This document shows positions 44,804 to 54,239 of a stretch of DNA of 64,000 nt, piece after piece. The stretch lies in the IMG/VR virus record IMGVR_UViG_2974767555_000001, positions 1 through 64,000 of that record. The stretch is one strand, 5' to 3'. Source of the DNA: a virus. Taxonomy: Duplodnaviria > Caudoviricetes. The notes beneath the pieces are model-generated. The model ran no database searches. It was not told the DNA's origin and worked only from the letters and a program-made list of their open reading frames with translations. A program made the position numbers and the translations under genes. The number at the start of each line of letters is the position of its first letter. Position 1 is the first letter of the stretch.

Positions 44804-44997
44804 GCAAGCCGAAACCCGTGCCAGGCAAGGTGATCGCCCGTAAGACCCGGGATGGTCAGTGGTCGTGGAAGTGGACCACCCCCACCGGTACCCCGCACCT
44901 GGGGGTGGAGCGGTTTGACACCGAGGCCAAGGCGATGACGGCAGGTCGCCGGTTCGCGCGTAAGAACTGGGCCGGCCCCAGCGGGGCCGACCAGTGA
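44800..44997 (+). CDS. Hypothetical protein
   Basis: GGAGGTGG RBS; coupled. Confidence 0.6.
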   Translation: MSKPKPVPGKVIARKTRDGQWSWKWTTPTGTPHLGVERFDTEAKAMTAGRRFARKNWAGPSGADQ

Positions 44998-45164
44998 ACC
45001 CGCGTCGGTGCCCGGTGTGCTGGCAGGCGGTGCTGCCCACGGCTGTTGCCCACCTGGTCCACATCCATCCCGACAAGGCTGACAACCGGTGCCCGATGTC
45101 GGGCAAGAGCTTCTGGTTGTGCTACCCCATCGCCAACGATCCGAAGCTGCGGGGTGCGGCATGA
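44994..45164 (+). CDS. Small Cys/His protein (56 aa)
   Basis: Read by hand: CPVC...H...CPMSG; coupled at both ends. Confidence 0.55.
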   Translation: MNPRRCPVCWQAVLPTAVAHLVHIHPDKADNRCPMSGKSFWLCYPIANDPKLRGAA

Positions 45165-45511
45165 CCGATGCACCAATGTCTGCCGATGGGTACGTGTGGG
45201 ACGAGAAGCTGACCCGCCAGGCCATCAAGCAGGGCCGGTCAATGGGGTTGTGTGAGTACCACGGGGATCACCCGGGTACCGATATGCACCACCGCCGCAA
45301 CGCATCCCAGGGCGGGAAGTGGCACCCGGCCAACATCATTTACATCTGCCGGGAGCTACATCACGAGGTGACCGTGAACCCGGAGTGGGCACATTCGGTC
45401 GGCTTGACGCTGTGGACGGGGGAGGACCCCGCCGATGTGCCGGTTCAGCTGGGCAGCCTTCACCTGTGGCTGACCGACCAGCTGATCGCCAAGGCTGGCG
45501 TAAACGCCTAG
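45161..45511 (+). CDS. HNH endonuclease-like protein
   Basis: CEYHG, MHHRRNASQGG, NIIYICRELH. Confidence 0.75.
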   Translation: MTDAPMSADGYVWDEKLTRQAIKQGRSMGLCEYHGDHPGTDMHHRRNASQGGKWHPANIIYICRELHHEVTVNPEWAHSVGLTLWTGEDPADVPVQLGSLHLWLTDQLIAKAGVNA

Positions 45512-45546
45512 CCAGCAACACCTTTCACCCAACACGAGGAGTATCT

Positions 45547-46461
45547 ATGACAGTCAAGATTGCCCCGGGTAGCGACGAGTGGCACAAGCTGATCACCCCG
45601 TCCAAGGTCGCTGCGATCCTGGGGGTCAGCCGGTGGGAGTCGCCGTACCGGTTGTGGCACCGCATGAAAGGCCTGGTGGAGCCGGAACCGGAGAAGGACA
45701 TCTTCACGGTCGGCCACGCTTTCGAGCCAGCGCTGGCCTACCTGTGGAAGGAGGACAACCCGGGGTGGCAGCTGTCGCCCGGGGAGGTCCAGATCACCGG
45801 GGACGCAGACCAGTTCGGGTTCCCGTTCGCGGTCACCCTGGACCGGCGTGCTCGCCGGGGCCGGTCGCGGCGGGTCGTGGAGTTCAAGACGGCCCGGTCA
45901 CTGGAGGAATGGGGCGACGAGTTCACCGACGAGGCCCCAGCGGATTACGTGGCCCAGGTCAGCGCCCAGATGCTGATGACCGGCTACACACAGCATCCGG
46001 CACACCTGGTGGTGCTGGGTCCCTGGCTCAAGCACCACACGTACCAGATCGAGTACACCCCAGCGGTGGCCGATCTGATCGTCGGTCGGTGCCGCGACTT
46101 CTATCAGTCGCTGGCCGGTGACACCCCGCCGCCGCTGGACGACACGGTGGCCACCTACGAGTGCGTGCGCGAGCTGCACCCCGACATCGACGGCAGCACG
46201 GCGCTGATCCCCGCCGACCTGGCCATCGAATACCTTGCGGCCTCCCGTGGTCGCAAGGACGCCGACCGGCGCGAGCGGTCGGCCAAGACTCAGGTCCTCG
46301 ACCTGATGGGCAACGCCCAGTACGGGGAGGTGAAGGTCGGCGATGACACCACGGTCAGGGTCGCCCGTCGCCAACCCTCCAGGCAGTCGGTAGCGCTGTA
46401 CGCCGTCGAGCCGAAAACACCTATCGCAGAACTCATTACAACCGAAGGGAATGTTGCATGA
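45547..46461 (+). CDS. YqaJ/RecE-like exonuclease
   Basis: ITPSKVAAILGVSRW, TLDR...EFKT, YVAQVSAQM. Confidence 0.85.
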   Translation: MTVKIAPGSDEWHKLITPSKVAAILGVSRWESPYRLWHRMKGLVEPEPEKDIFTVGHAFEPALAYLWKEDNPGWQLSPGEVQITGDADQFGFPFAVTLDRRARRGRSRRVVEFKTARSLEEWGDEFTDEAPADYVAQVSAQMLMTGYTQHPAHLVVLGPWLKHHTYQIEYTPAVADLIVGRCRDFYQSLAGDTPPPLDDTVATYECVRELHPDIDGSTALIPADLAIEYLAASRGRKDADRRERSAKTQVLDLMGNAQYGEVKVGDDTTVRVARRQPSRQSVALYAVEPKTPIAELITTEGNVA

Positions 46462-47585
46462 CCGAGCAGATGACGGACATTGAGGTGGTCGATCCGACCA
46501 GCCAGGAGGTGGCCCAGAACACCGAGGTGTACACGGCCCCGACAACCCCTGCGCTGCAGCGGATGGCCGCAGAAGCGCAGGCGCTGGACACGGCGTTCAA
46601 GATGGCCCAGTCGCTGTCGAAGACCAACGCGGTGCCCCAGCGGTACCAGCAGAGCTTTGTGCCCAGCGGTCAGCGGGAGCCGCAAGGTATCACTGCCGCA
46701 TACGATCTGGCCGCTGCGATCTTGTACGGCGCGGAGCTGGGCATGTCGGCGCTCCAGTCGGCACAGAACGTGTTCAGCGTCCACGGTCAGCCCGCCGTGT
46801 ACAGCAAGACGATGGTGGCCCAGGTGTTGCGGCACATCGACACCCAGGGGACCGGTGGTCCCAACGGTGACGGTGTGTGGGAGGTCAGCGCCACCAAGGA
46901 CAAGGTGGTGTGGGCCGGTCGTCGTGACGGCAAGACCGCCGCCGCCGAGTGGACCATCGCCCGCGCGGAGTCGGCGGGGTTCACCCGTAACCCGATGTAC
47001 GCCAAGATGCCGGTCGAGATGCTGCGCGCCAAGGCCCAGGCTGAGGTGTGCCGGATCCTTTGGCCCGACGTGCTGTTGGGTATGTCCAACAGTGTCGAGG
47101 AGCTGCAGCTCGCTGACGGCACCGTGGTGCAGCGGGTCACGTCGCAGCGTCCGACCAAGGCCAAGGGTGTCGCGGGTCTGCTGGCCAACGTGGCACCCGC
47201 TATCGAGCAGCACCCCGCCGAGCCTGGCCCTGCCGATCAGTCGGTCACCCAGGCCCCCATCCCGGAACAGGCCCCGATTCCCAACGGCGACAACGCCGTT
47301 GTGGTCGAGGACCCCGCGCCCGCCGCTGGTGAGGAAGCCCCAGCGGCGGGTGCGGAACCAGAGAAGCCCGCGCTGGTCAGCAAGCGGCAGCTGACCGAGG
47401 TAAAGCGCGCGTTGGCCAAGGAGTCTTACACCGACCCCAAGTCGGAGGAGACGTTGACCTACGTCAACCAGCTGGTCGGAGTCGAGATCACCGACCTTGC
47501 CGACCTGACGGAATCCAAAGCGGCTGAGCTGCTTTCGATCCTGTCGGAACCCATCAACACCGATGACAAGGAGAACAGCAAGTGA
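46458..47585 (+). CDS. RecT-like single-strand annealing protein
   Basis: AAILYGAELG, HGQPAVY, EWTIARA, MLRAKA; follows the exonuclease. Confidence 0.78.
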   Translation: MTEQMTDIEVVDPTSQEVAQNTEVYTAPTTPALQRMAAEAQALDTAFKMAQSLSKTNAVPQRYQQSFVPSGQREPQGITAAYDLAAAILYGAELGMSALQSAQNVFSVHGQPAVYSKTMVAQVLRHIDTQGTGGPNGDGVWEVSATKDKVVWAGRRDGKTAAAEWTIARAESAGFTRNPMYAKMPVEMLRAKAQAEVCRILWPDVLLGMSNSVEELQLADGTVVQRVTSQRPTKAKGVAGLLANVAPAIEQHPAEPGPADQSVTQAPIPEQAPIPNGDNAVVVEDPAPAAGEEAPAAGAEPEKPALVSKRQLTEVKRALAKESYTDPKSEETLTYVNQLVGVEITDLADLTESKAAELLSILSEPINTDDKENSK

Positions 47586-48325
47586 GCGAGACCAACACCA
47601 CCACGACCACCGATCCCGATTACCACGATGAGGCCATCATCGCCTTCCAGGGTCGGTCGGGATCGTTGGCCAACCCGCCGCAGTTGGGTGACTCTCGCCG
47701 GTACGTGATCGCGGGCAACTGCGTCAAGGTGTCGGAGGAGCTGCAGGACAACGGCGACATCAAGCAGGTCTGCACCATCAAGGCCCGCAACGTGTATGAG
47801 ATCGGGGTCCGTAACCCCGACGACGGTGCCGGGTTGTTCCGGGAACCGTGCCCCCACTGCGGTCACGCGGAGACCCCGGGTGATGTGGTCGATGGGTTCG
47901 TAGACGACGAGGACGGCAGCGACGAGCCTGCCGCGATTGCAGAAGCCCAGCTCGCCATTGCCGCAGCGCCCGACGACATCGTGGACGCCGAGGTGATCGA
48001 GGACGACGAGACCCCCGACGACGGCGATGACCCGACCGCTGGGGACGTGGAAGTCGTTGACGAGAACGAGGACTGGGAGGTCACCGACGTGCCCGAGACC
48101 GGGGACGACGACGACCCCGAACCCGACGAGGTGGCCCAGGACTACGAGCCAAGCGGCATGGACGAATTCGTCGCCCAGGCCGACGCGGAGACCGTGGAGG
48201 AACCCGCCGACCCGGAACCGGAGGAGACGCCGCAGCAGCGCCGTAACCGGCTCGCACGGGAACGCCGCGCCGCCAAGAAGGCCCAACAGGAGCAGGCCGA
48301 CGACGAGAGCGGCGACGACGAGTGA
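47582..48325 (+). CDS. Highly acidic hypothetical protein
   Basis: D/E-rich; TPQQRRNRLARERRAAK motif. Confidence 0.7.
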   Translation: MSETNTTTTTDPDYHDEAIIAFQGRSGSLANPPQLGDSRRYVIAGNCVKVSEELQDNGDIKQVCTIKARNVYEIGVRNPDDGAGLFREPCPHCGHAETPGDVVDGFVDDEDGSDEPAAIAEAQLAIAAAPDDIVDAEVIEDDETPDDGDDPTAGDVEVVDENEDWEVTDVPETGDDDDPEPDEVAQDYEPSGMDEFVAQADAETVEEPADPEPEETPQQRRNRLARERRAAKKAQQEQADDESGDDE

Positions 48326-48681
48326 CGAGCAGTCGCAAGGAGTTCCCGATGGCCACCGTCCTGACGGTGGTCACCGGGACCTTCCTGGTACCCCTCCAGC
48401 AAGTCCAGGACCTGGTGCAGCACATGACCGGTGGACCGGTCCCACCCCACCTGATCAGGCAGGCATCGCGGGCGTGCCGCGACTACCTACGCGAGCAGTA
48501 CGGGTGGATGGCCGGGGTGTCACTGAACCCCGACGAGGAGGACAGCGCAAAGTGGTTGGCCTACTGGGAGAAAGAGCGCGGGGCCACGATGGGTGTCCCG
48601 GTCATGCCCCAGGGTCGGTTTGTCATCGCCGACCCCATCGCCGAGTTCGCCAAGGCTGGCGGGTTCGGGGGTGACCAGTGA
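48322..48681 (+). CDS. Hypothetical protein
   Basis: TVLTVVTG...VQDLVQHMTG; start may be ATG 48349. Confidence 0.65.
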   Translation: MTSSRKEFPMATVLTVVTGTFLVPLQQVQDLVQHMTGGPVPPHLIRQASRACRDYLREQYGWMAGVSLNPDEEDSAKWLAYWEKERGATMGVPVMPQGRFVIADPIAEFAKAGGFGGDQ

Positions 48682-48977
48682 CCTCGTTTAGCGATCTGTT
48701 CCCGCAGGCCAGCGGCAACAAGCTGCACTTCCGGGGTGATGTCGTCGCCGAGGTGATGGCCCGCCCCAGCTACGGCCCCGATCTGCACGGGGCGCGGTAT
48801 GCCCCAGTGTCGGCCACCCACGACGAGGTGACCGACACAACCACGGCCATCTTCCGGCCAATCCCACGCCCACAGAAGGAATCGCATGTACATGGAACTG
48901 CTCAAACCCATTCTGGCCCAAGCCGTTCACAGCGGCGTGCGGCTGCTCGCCGAGCACGCCACAAACGCCGTCGATGA
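48678..48977 (+). CDS. Hypothetical protein
   Basis: GTGA overlap; basic tail RSQRRAAARR. Confidence 0.55.
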   Translation: MTSFSDLFPQASGNKLHFRGDVVAEVMARPSYGPDLHGARYAPVSATHDEVTDTTTAIFRPIPRPQKESHVHGTAQTHSGPSRSQRRAAARRARHKRRR

Positions 48978-49320
48978 GGTGTTGCGGGTCGGCCAGTCGT
49001 GGGGTGATCGCATCAGCGACACCCTCGACGGTCGCCCCCTGGTAGACCGGCCCGTCGCCGACCCGGTGGAGATGACTGCCGAGGTGGTGATGGCCACCTA
49101 CCGCAACGGGAACGGCAATCGCTGGACCGACGAGCTGGACTGGTTGTGGCGCATCGACCGCGAACAGATGCTGTCACTGCTGGATGACGTGATGGACAAC
49201 GGGATTCGCAACCCCATCGTCGCCGGGAGTGACGGTCGCCTGTGGGATGGCCACCGCCGTGTGGCCGTCGCTGCCGCCCTTCAGATTCCGCTGATGGTCC
49301 AAGTGATCAAGGGGGACTGA
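48886..49320 (+). CDS. Second ParB/Srx-like domain protein (start uncertain)
   Basis: GIRNPIV...LWDGHRRVAVA. Confidence 0.7.
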   Translation: MYMELLKPILAQAVHSGVRLLAEHATNAVDEVLRVGQSWGDRISDTLDGRPLVDRPVADPVEMTAEVVMATYRNGNGNRWTDELDWLWRIDREQMLSLLDDVMDNGIRNPIVAGSDGRLWDGHRRVAVAAALQIPLMVQVIKGD

Positions 49321-49706
49321 TGAGCACCGACATCAGCGGCACGTTCGACTTCGGTGGTCGCCCGTATCACCTGCTGGGGTACACCGACCCCGAGGGTGTC
49401 CAGCGGGCGGTGGTGACCGATGGCGACGAGATGTGGTCGCCGGTCGCCAGCGACGGGGGTCAGTGGGTGGCCATCTGTGATGGCTGCCCCACCACCTGGA
49501 ACGCCGACTACGGCTACCACAAGAAGCTGGAGTGGGCGTTCCCGGGTACCGAGGAGGGTCGCCAGATGGCCGAGGATTTCGCGGTGCGGCACCACGGTTT
49601 ACAGGGCCACAAGGTCAACGTGGTGACCCGCACGGAGTTCACGTTCAAGCTGTACGGCGACGACAACCCGGCGCTGTCGTACCTGCTGCCGGATGGTGAT
49701 CAGTGA
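49320..49706 (+). CDS. Hypothetical protein
   Basis: TGATG start; CDGC...H. Confidence 0.62.
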   Translation: MSTDISGTFDFGGRPYHLLGYTDPEGVQRAVVTDGDEMWSPVASDGGQWVAICDGCPTTWNADYGYHKKLEWAFPGTEEGRQMAEDFAVRHHGLQGHKVNVVTRTEFTFKLYGDDNPALSYLLPDGDQ

Positions 49707-49906
49707 CGGGTGACCAGATCGTGGACGCGCTGGCCCAGGCCCGGGTGGAGCGGGGTTGGTCGCAGAGTCGGATGGCCAAGCAGCTGCACGTTTGGCAGTC
49801 GGGCCTTTCGATGATCGAGACCGGTCAGCGCCGCCCCACCCTGGACACGGTGGTCAGCTACGCCGACGCCCTGGGTTACGACCTGGTGTTGGTGCCACGC
49901 CGATGA
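49703..49906 (+). CDS. XRE-type HTH protein
   Basis: GWSQSRMAKQLHVWQSGLSMIETG.R.PTLDT. Confidence 0.82.
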   Translation: MTGDQIVDALAQARVERGWSQSRMAKQLHVWQSGLSMIETGQRRPTLDTVVSYADALGYDLVLVPRR

Positions 49907-50055
49907 CCGACACCTGGAACGAGGAGTGGCGCAGCGCGGTTCGCGCCATGACCGAGGTGGAGCGTGAGGTTGCCGCCGACAGTCACCGCGCCGCCGTGGG
50001 TTTGGCCGGCGACCGTAGCGATGCCTACGACAACATGCCCCGGGGGCGTCGGTGA
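49903..50055 (+). CDS. Small hypothetical protein
   Basis: Coupled ATGA/GTGA junctions. Confidence 0.45.
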   Translation: MTDTWNEEWRSAVRAMTEVEREVAADSHRAAVGLAGDRSDAYDNMPRGRR

Positions 50056-50192
50056 CACCGAAAGAGCTGCGGCATGAGCGCTATCTGGCCAACCCGCGCC
50101 GCTGTGTCGATTGCGGGAGCGACCCATCAGCCGGTCGCCCCCGCTGCGACGACTGCCACAAGGACTACATGAAACGAGGAGCCACACAATGA
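50052..50192 (+). CDS. Small Zn-finger protein (46 aa)
   Basis: Read by hand: CVDCG...RCDDCH. Confidence 0.55.
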   Translation: MTPKELRHERYLANPRRCVDCGSDPSAGRPRCDDCHKDYMKRGATQ

Positions 50193-50539
50193 CCATGCTC
50201 GATGACCTGACCGCCGTCCTGGACCGCCAAGATGTCAGGGCTGCAACGGAATTCGCTGACAAGCACTTGGTGGACGGCAAGCTGCTGGTCACCCCGCGCC
50301 AGCTTGCGGAAATCAAGCGGATCGCGGGGGCGACCGATGATCGACTGCACAACTGGTGGGAGCCGAACCTGACCAGCCGGTCGTCCCTGGCCAACATCCC
50401 GGTGGTGGTGGTCAAGGACGACGGTCAGGCCCACCCCATCGGCAACGGTCGGTGGGCCGTCGTGACCCACGACGGGATCTACGTGTTCACCCCACCGGCC
50501 AATCCCTTTGGGGAGCAAGGAGGCAACGATGCCCAGTGA
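50189..50539 (+). CDS. Hypothetical protein
   Basis: GAGGAG RBS. Confidence 0.62.
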   Translation: MTMLDDLTAVLDRQDVRAATEFADKHLVDGKLLVTPRQLAEIKRIAGATDDRLHNWWEPNLTSRSSLANIPVVVVKDDGQAHPIGNGRWAVVTHDGIYVFTPPANPFGEQGGNDAQ

Positions 50540-50984
50540 CTGCGTGAAACCCGAAGAGCACTATCGCCGGGTCCGGGCGTTGATCGCGGCGGTGACGGAA
50601 ACCGTACGCCAGCACCAGGTCCGGTACCTGAAGGACGGGATGACGGTCTACCTGGCCGTCGAGGACGCCCGCCTGTTGGACGAGGATTTCAACACCAGCG
50701 GCGGGTTCTTCCCCATCAGCCAGATCCAGCACGGTGATACGGGGTCGGTGATGGGGGTGCCGTTCATCGCTGACGAGAGCGTGAAACCCGGTCGGGTGCT
50801 GGTCGGCTATGTCGTTGACGCCAAACCGAAACCGCCGACGCTGGGTGAGGACCAGGAGGTCACGGTGATCGACGCCCGCAGCAGGGCGTGGCGCGGGCAG
50901 GTGTCCGCTGTCAGCGACCCCGACGACCAGGGGCGGTACAGCGCGACGGTGTATTTCAACCACGGACCGATGAACGATGAGTGA
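50529..50984 (+). CDS. Hypothetical protein
   Basis: GGAGG RBS; ATG 50529. Confidence 0.62.
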   Translation: MPSDCVKPEEHYRRVRALIAAVTETVRQHQVRYLKDGMTVYLAVEDARLLDEDFNTSGGFFPISQIQHGDTGSVMGVPFIADESVKPGRVLVGYVVDAKPKPPTLGEDQEVTVIDARSRAWRGQVSAVSDPDDQGRYSATVYFNHGPMNDE

Positions 50985-51888
50985 CCGGTCAGCCATCGAA
51001 TGGACCGACGCCAGTTGGAACCCCGTCACCGGGTGTACCGAGGTGTCGCCGGGGTGCGATCACTGCTACGCCAAGGTGTTTGCCGAGCGGTGGCGCGGTA
51101 CGCCGGATCACTACTACACCAACGGGTTCGACGTGATGCTGCGACCCGACAAGCTGGACCAGCCGGTCAGGTGGGCCAAGCCGCGGCGGGTGTTCGTCAA
51201 CAGCATGGCCGATCTGTTCCACGCCGAGGTGCCCGACGACTACATCGCCCAGGTGTTCGGGGTGATGGCCAAGACGCCACAGCACACGTTCCAGGTGCTG
51301 ACCAAGCGCCACGCGCGGATGCGGCACCTGTTGGCCAGCATCGAGTTCCAGGCCCTGGTGTACAAGCACAGCGGGTCGATGACCTGGCCGCTGCCCAACG
51401 TGTGGGTGGGGGTCAGCGCCGAGGACCAGCAGTGGGCCGACATCCGTGTCCCAGCGTTGTTCGACACCCCCGCCGCCGTCAGGTGGGTCAGCGTCGAGCC
51501 GATGCTGGGACAGATCAAGCTGCCGTTCTGCAAGATCGACCCCAAGACGTACGCCGTCACCGGCCTGGACTGGGTGGTGGCGGGTGGCGAATCCGGTAGG
51601 GGCGCAAGGCCGATGCACCCCGTGTGGGTCCAGTCGCTGCGTGACCAGTGCGACCAGATGAATGTCCCGTTCCTGTTCAAGCAGTGGGGAGCGTGGGCAC
51701 CAGCGCGCGGGGCGGGTCAGCCGACCGACCGGCTGGTGTTCCAGGACGGTCGGTCAATCCGGTTGGGGCACGCTAACCGCCGCACGTTGCAGCGCTGGGA
51801 CTTCGTGGTCATGCGCGCCGGTACCAAGGGGGGCAACGGGCGGGTCCTCGACGGTCAGGTGCACGACGGCTACCCGGGGGTGGCGTGA
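50977..51888 (+). CDS. DUF5131 / phage Gp37-Gp68 family protein (radical-SAM-related)
   Basis: SAIEWTD.SWNPVTGC..VSPGCDHCYA, FVNSMADLFH, LTKR, WVVAGGESG, FLFKQWG. Confidence 0.88.
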   Translation: MSDRSAIEWTDASWNPVTGCTEVSPGCDHCYAKVFAERWRGTPDHYYTNGFDVMLRPDKLDQPVRWAKPRRVFVNSMADLFHAEVPDDYIAQVFGVMAKTPQHTFQVLTKRHARMRHLLASIEFQALVYKHSGSMTWPLPNVWVGVSAEDQQWADIRVPALFDTPAAVRWVSVEPMLGQIKLPFCKIDPKTYAVTGLDWVVAGGESGRGARPMHPVWVQSLRDQCDQMNVPFLFKQWGAWAPARGAGQPTDRLVFQDGRSIRLGHANRRTLQRWDFVVMRAGTKGGNGRVLDGQVHDGYPGVA

Positions 51889-52352
51889 TGGGTGCGACCG
51901 ACCCCTACGGGCTGGACCCGGGTTGTCCCATCATCCCGTGGGTCCACACCCCGAAGGTGTGCAACCGCTGTGGTGTCGCGCTGACGGGTCGGCGAACCCA
52001 GTGGTGCAGCAAGCAGTGCGAGCTGGTGTTCCGCGAGAACCACGATTGGAACCTGGCGCGGCGCGCGGCGCGTCGGCGCGACGGCCAGCGGTGTGTGCGG
52101 TGCGGAAGCGACGGCATCCCACGGGTGTTCGTCGCGGGCCAGCAGGTGGAGGTGCGGTTCGACACCAGCGCGTGGAGCCGACACCACCCGCTGCTGGAGG
52201 TCAACCACAAGACGCCGCGCGAGGGTCGCGGCTACGCGTGGGGGTGCCACCACCACCTGGAGGGACTGGAGACGCTGTGCCGCCCCCATCACCAGGTGGA
52301 GACCAGGAAGCAAGCGGCCCAACGCCGAGCGCGACAGGCGGTGTCGGCGTGA
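51885..52352 (+). CDS. HNH endonuclease-like protein
   Basis: CVRCG, LEVNH, LETLCRPHH. Confidence 0.75.
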   Translation: MMGATDPYGLDPGCPIIPWVHTPKVCNRCGVALTGRRTQWCSKQCELVFRENHDWNLARRAARRRDGQRCVRCGSDGIPRVFVAGQQVEVRFDTSAWSRHHPLLEVNHKTPREGRGYAWGCHHHLEGLETLCRPHHQVETRKQAAQRRARQAVSA

Positions 52353-52711
52353 GTGATACCGACCTGTGCCAGTGCGGTCACGTCAAGCGCGCTGACCGTG
52401 ACGGGATGCGGGGTCAGGGCCATTACGAGGGGCGTGGTCGGTGCCTGGCGTGCCTGTTGTGCGAGCAGGGTGCCGAATCGCATGTGCCGCAGCGCTGCGG
52501 GTGTCGGGTGTTTGAACCCGCGGAGCGCGTGACGGTCGAGCAGGCGATGACTGAGGGGGGTGTGCCGTGCATCTGCGGTGACCACTACCTCAGCGGTCAC
52601 GACCGACTCGAGGACGGGGGACGGTGCCGGGTTCGTCACCACGACGGCAGCCGCTGTGACTGCCCCGGGTACGAACCCGACCCTCGCTACATCAAGGAGG
52701 ACAACGAGTAA
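52349..52711 (+). CDS. Cys/His-rich protein with two tandem metal-binding repeats
   Basis: CQCGH...H...GRC...CGC..FEP and CICGD...H...GRC...CDCPGYEP. Confidence 0.6.
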   Translation: MSDTDLCQCGHVKRADRDGMRGQGHYEGRGRCLACLLCEQGAESHVPQRCGCRVFEPAERVTVEQAMTEGGVPCICGDHYLSGHDRLEDGGRCRVRHHDGSRCDCPGYEPDPRYIKEDNE

Positions 52712-53646
52712 TGGCCGGGGCGAAAGACACACGGCTGTACGGAAAGTTCACGCTCGACTTTCCGCGCCACCCCAAGATCGCCATCCTGTCCGACGCTGCG
52801 TTTCGGTGTCTGGTCGAGGCGACGTTGTACTCGCGCGATCAACTGACTGACGGGTTGCTAGCACGTCGCTACGCGGTTGCTACGTGGGGGCTAGAAGTTC
52901 TCAACGAACTGTGCAACAACGACGACGAGAACCCGTCGCTGATCGAGGTCGAAAAGGGTTGGTTGATCCACGATTACGCCGAACACCAGGACACGAAAGC
53001 TGATGTTGAGGCACGTCGGGAACGCAACAAAGCTGCTGGTCAGAAGGGTGGTTTAGCGAAAGCTAAGCGCGCTGCTAAGCGACCCGCTAAGCGACCCGCT
53101 AGCAAGACGCTTAGCGAAAACGTAGCAGAGACAGAGACAGAGACAGAGACACATAAAGAACCCGCTAGCGCGGGTTCTACGCGCGCACGCACACGTCGCC
53201 CGTCGATGTCGATCACGGAGCTGGCGACGGGTCGCCCGGAGACGCCCCCGCCCCCGGCACCGGCTGAGATTCAGCGCGGCGTACCGGCCACCAATGCGGC
53301 CCAACTGGTCGGGGAGGTACTGCCCAAGGGCCGGTATCAGCCCGCCACGCTGACCGAGGTTCGACTGCGGGTCGGTGAGCTATTGGCCGAGGGGAACGAC
53401 GAGGCGGTCATCCGAAAAGCCGTCGAGCTGTGGGACGCCCGCGACAGCGGCGGTCCCGGCCTGATCCGGTCGCTGATGGCTGAAGCGGCCAAGCGGCTCA
53501 ACCCCAACACCCACAACGTCGCCGCGCCGACCAAGCGCAACCGATACGACGAGAAGACCGCTGCCCACGCGGAGCTGTTCACCAAGTTGATGGCCGAAGC
53601 GGAGGGGCCGCAACCCAACACCCAACACCAGGAGCTGACCCAGTGA
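52711..53646 (+). CDS. Replication initiator-like protein (RepA/O-like)
   Basis: HPKIAILSDAAFR, WLIHDYAEHQ, internal DNA repeats, ETETET linker. Confidence 0.72.
   Translation: MAGAKDTRLYGKFTLDFPRHPKIAILSDAAFRCLVEATLYSRDQLTDGLLARRYAVATWGLEVLNELCNNDDENPSLIEVEKGWLIHDYAEHQDTKADVEARRERNKAAGQKGGLAKAKRAAKRPAKRPASKTLSENVAETETETETHKEPASAGSTRARTRRPSMSITELATGRPETPPPPAPAEIQRGVPATNAAQLVGEVLPKGRYQPATLTEVRLRVGELLAEGNDEAVIRKAVELWDARDSGGPGLIRSLMAEAAKRLNPNTHNVAAPTKRNRYDEKTAAHAELFTKLMAEAEGPQPNTQHQELTQ
53052..53152. repeat. Iteron-like repeat cluster (candidate lytic origin) inside the initiator gene
   Basis: GCTAAGCG at 53062, 53074, 53086 (12-bp spacing), GCTAGC at 53098, inverted GCTTAGCG at 53109, CAGAGA x4 at 53126-53149. 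Confidence 0.65.
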
Positions 53647-54239
53647 CCGAAGACGATCCCAAGAAACCCACGATCCCCGAAAACCAGTACCCGCCAATCG
53701 CTATGGCCGTCTACCAGGCCTGCTTGAACTACGACCCGTACCTGCCGGAATCGCGGGAGGCGATGGTTCGCGCCTGGGCCAAGGTGTTCTTCAGGTTCCA
53801 GCTGACACTCAATGACCTGACCGCCGCCGTGGACAAGCTGTACGCCGAACGGGAGTCGGGGTTCAAGCCCCTGCCCGCCGACATCGCCAACGCGGCCCGC
53901 GCGCTGCGGCATGACCGGCGACAGCGCGAGGAGGCGACCGCAGCGTCCCGACCCGCGCTGACCGACGAGGAGGCCGAGCGCGCCGCACGTGCCCGTATCG
54001 AGGCGATCAAGGCCCTAGCTGCCGAGAAGAAACTGGAGCTGGAGGAGAAACCCGCTCAGATCGGTTCTGCCGGGTCAGCGACCCATCTCGGGGGTAACCC
54101 CCTGGCGATCGCGTGCTCGTGGTGCAGGGCGTCGGCAGGGTCCCCGTGCGTGTCACCTGCAACTGGTCTCCGACTGACCCAGACCCCGTACCACCCCGCG
54201 CGGGTGGAAGCGGCCAAGAAGCTGGTGGGTGCCGAGTGA
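53643..54239 (+). CDS. Replication-associated protein (helicase loader-like) with C-terminal Zn motif
   Basis: Follows the initiator; CSWC.A..G.PC. Confidence 0.55.
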   Translation: MTEDDPKKPTIPENQYPPIAMAVYQACLNYDPYLPESREAMVRAWAKVFFRFQLTLNDLTAAVDKLYAERESGFKPLPADIANAARALRHDRRQREEATAASRPALTDEEAERAARARIEAIKALAAEKKLELEEKPAQIGSAGSATHLGGNPLAIACSWCRASAGSPCVSPATGLRLTQTPYHPARVEAAKKLVGAE

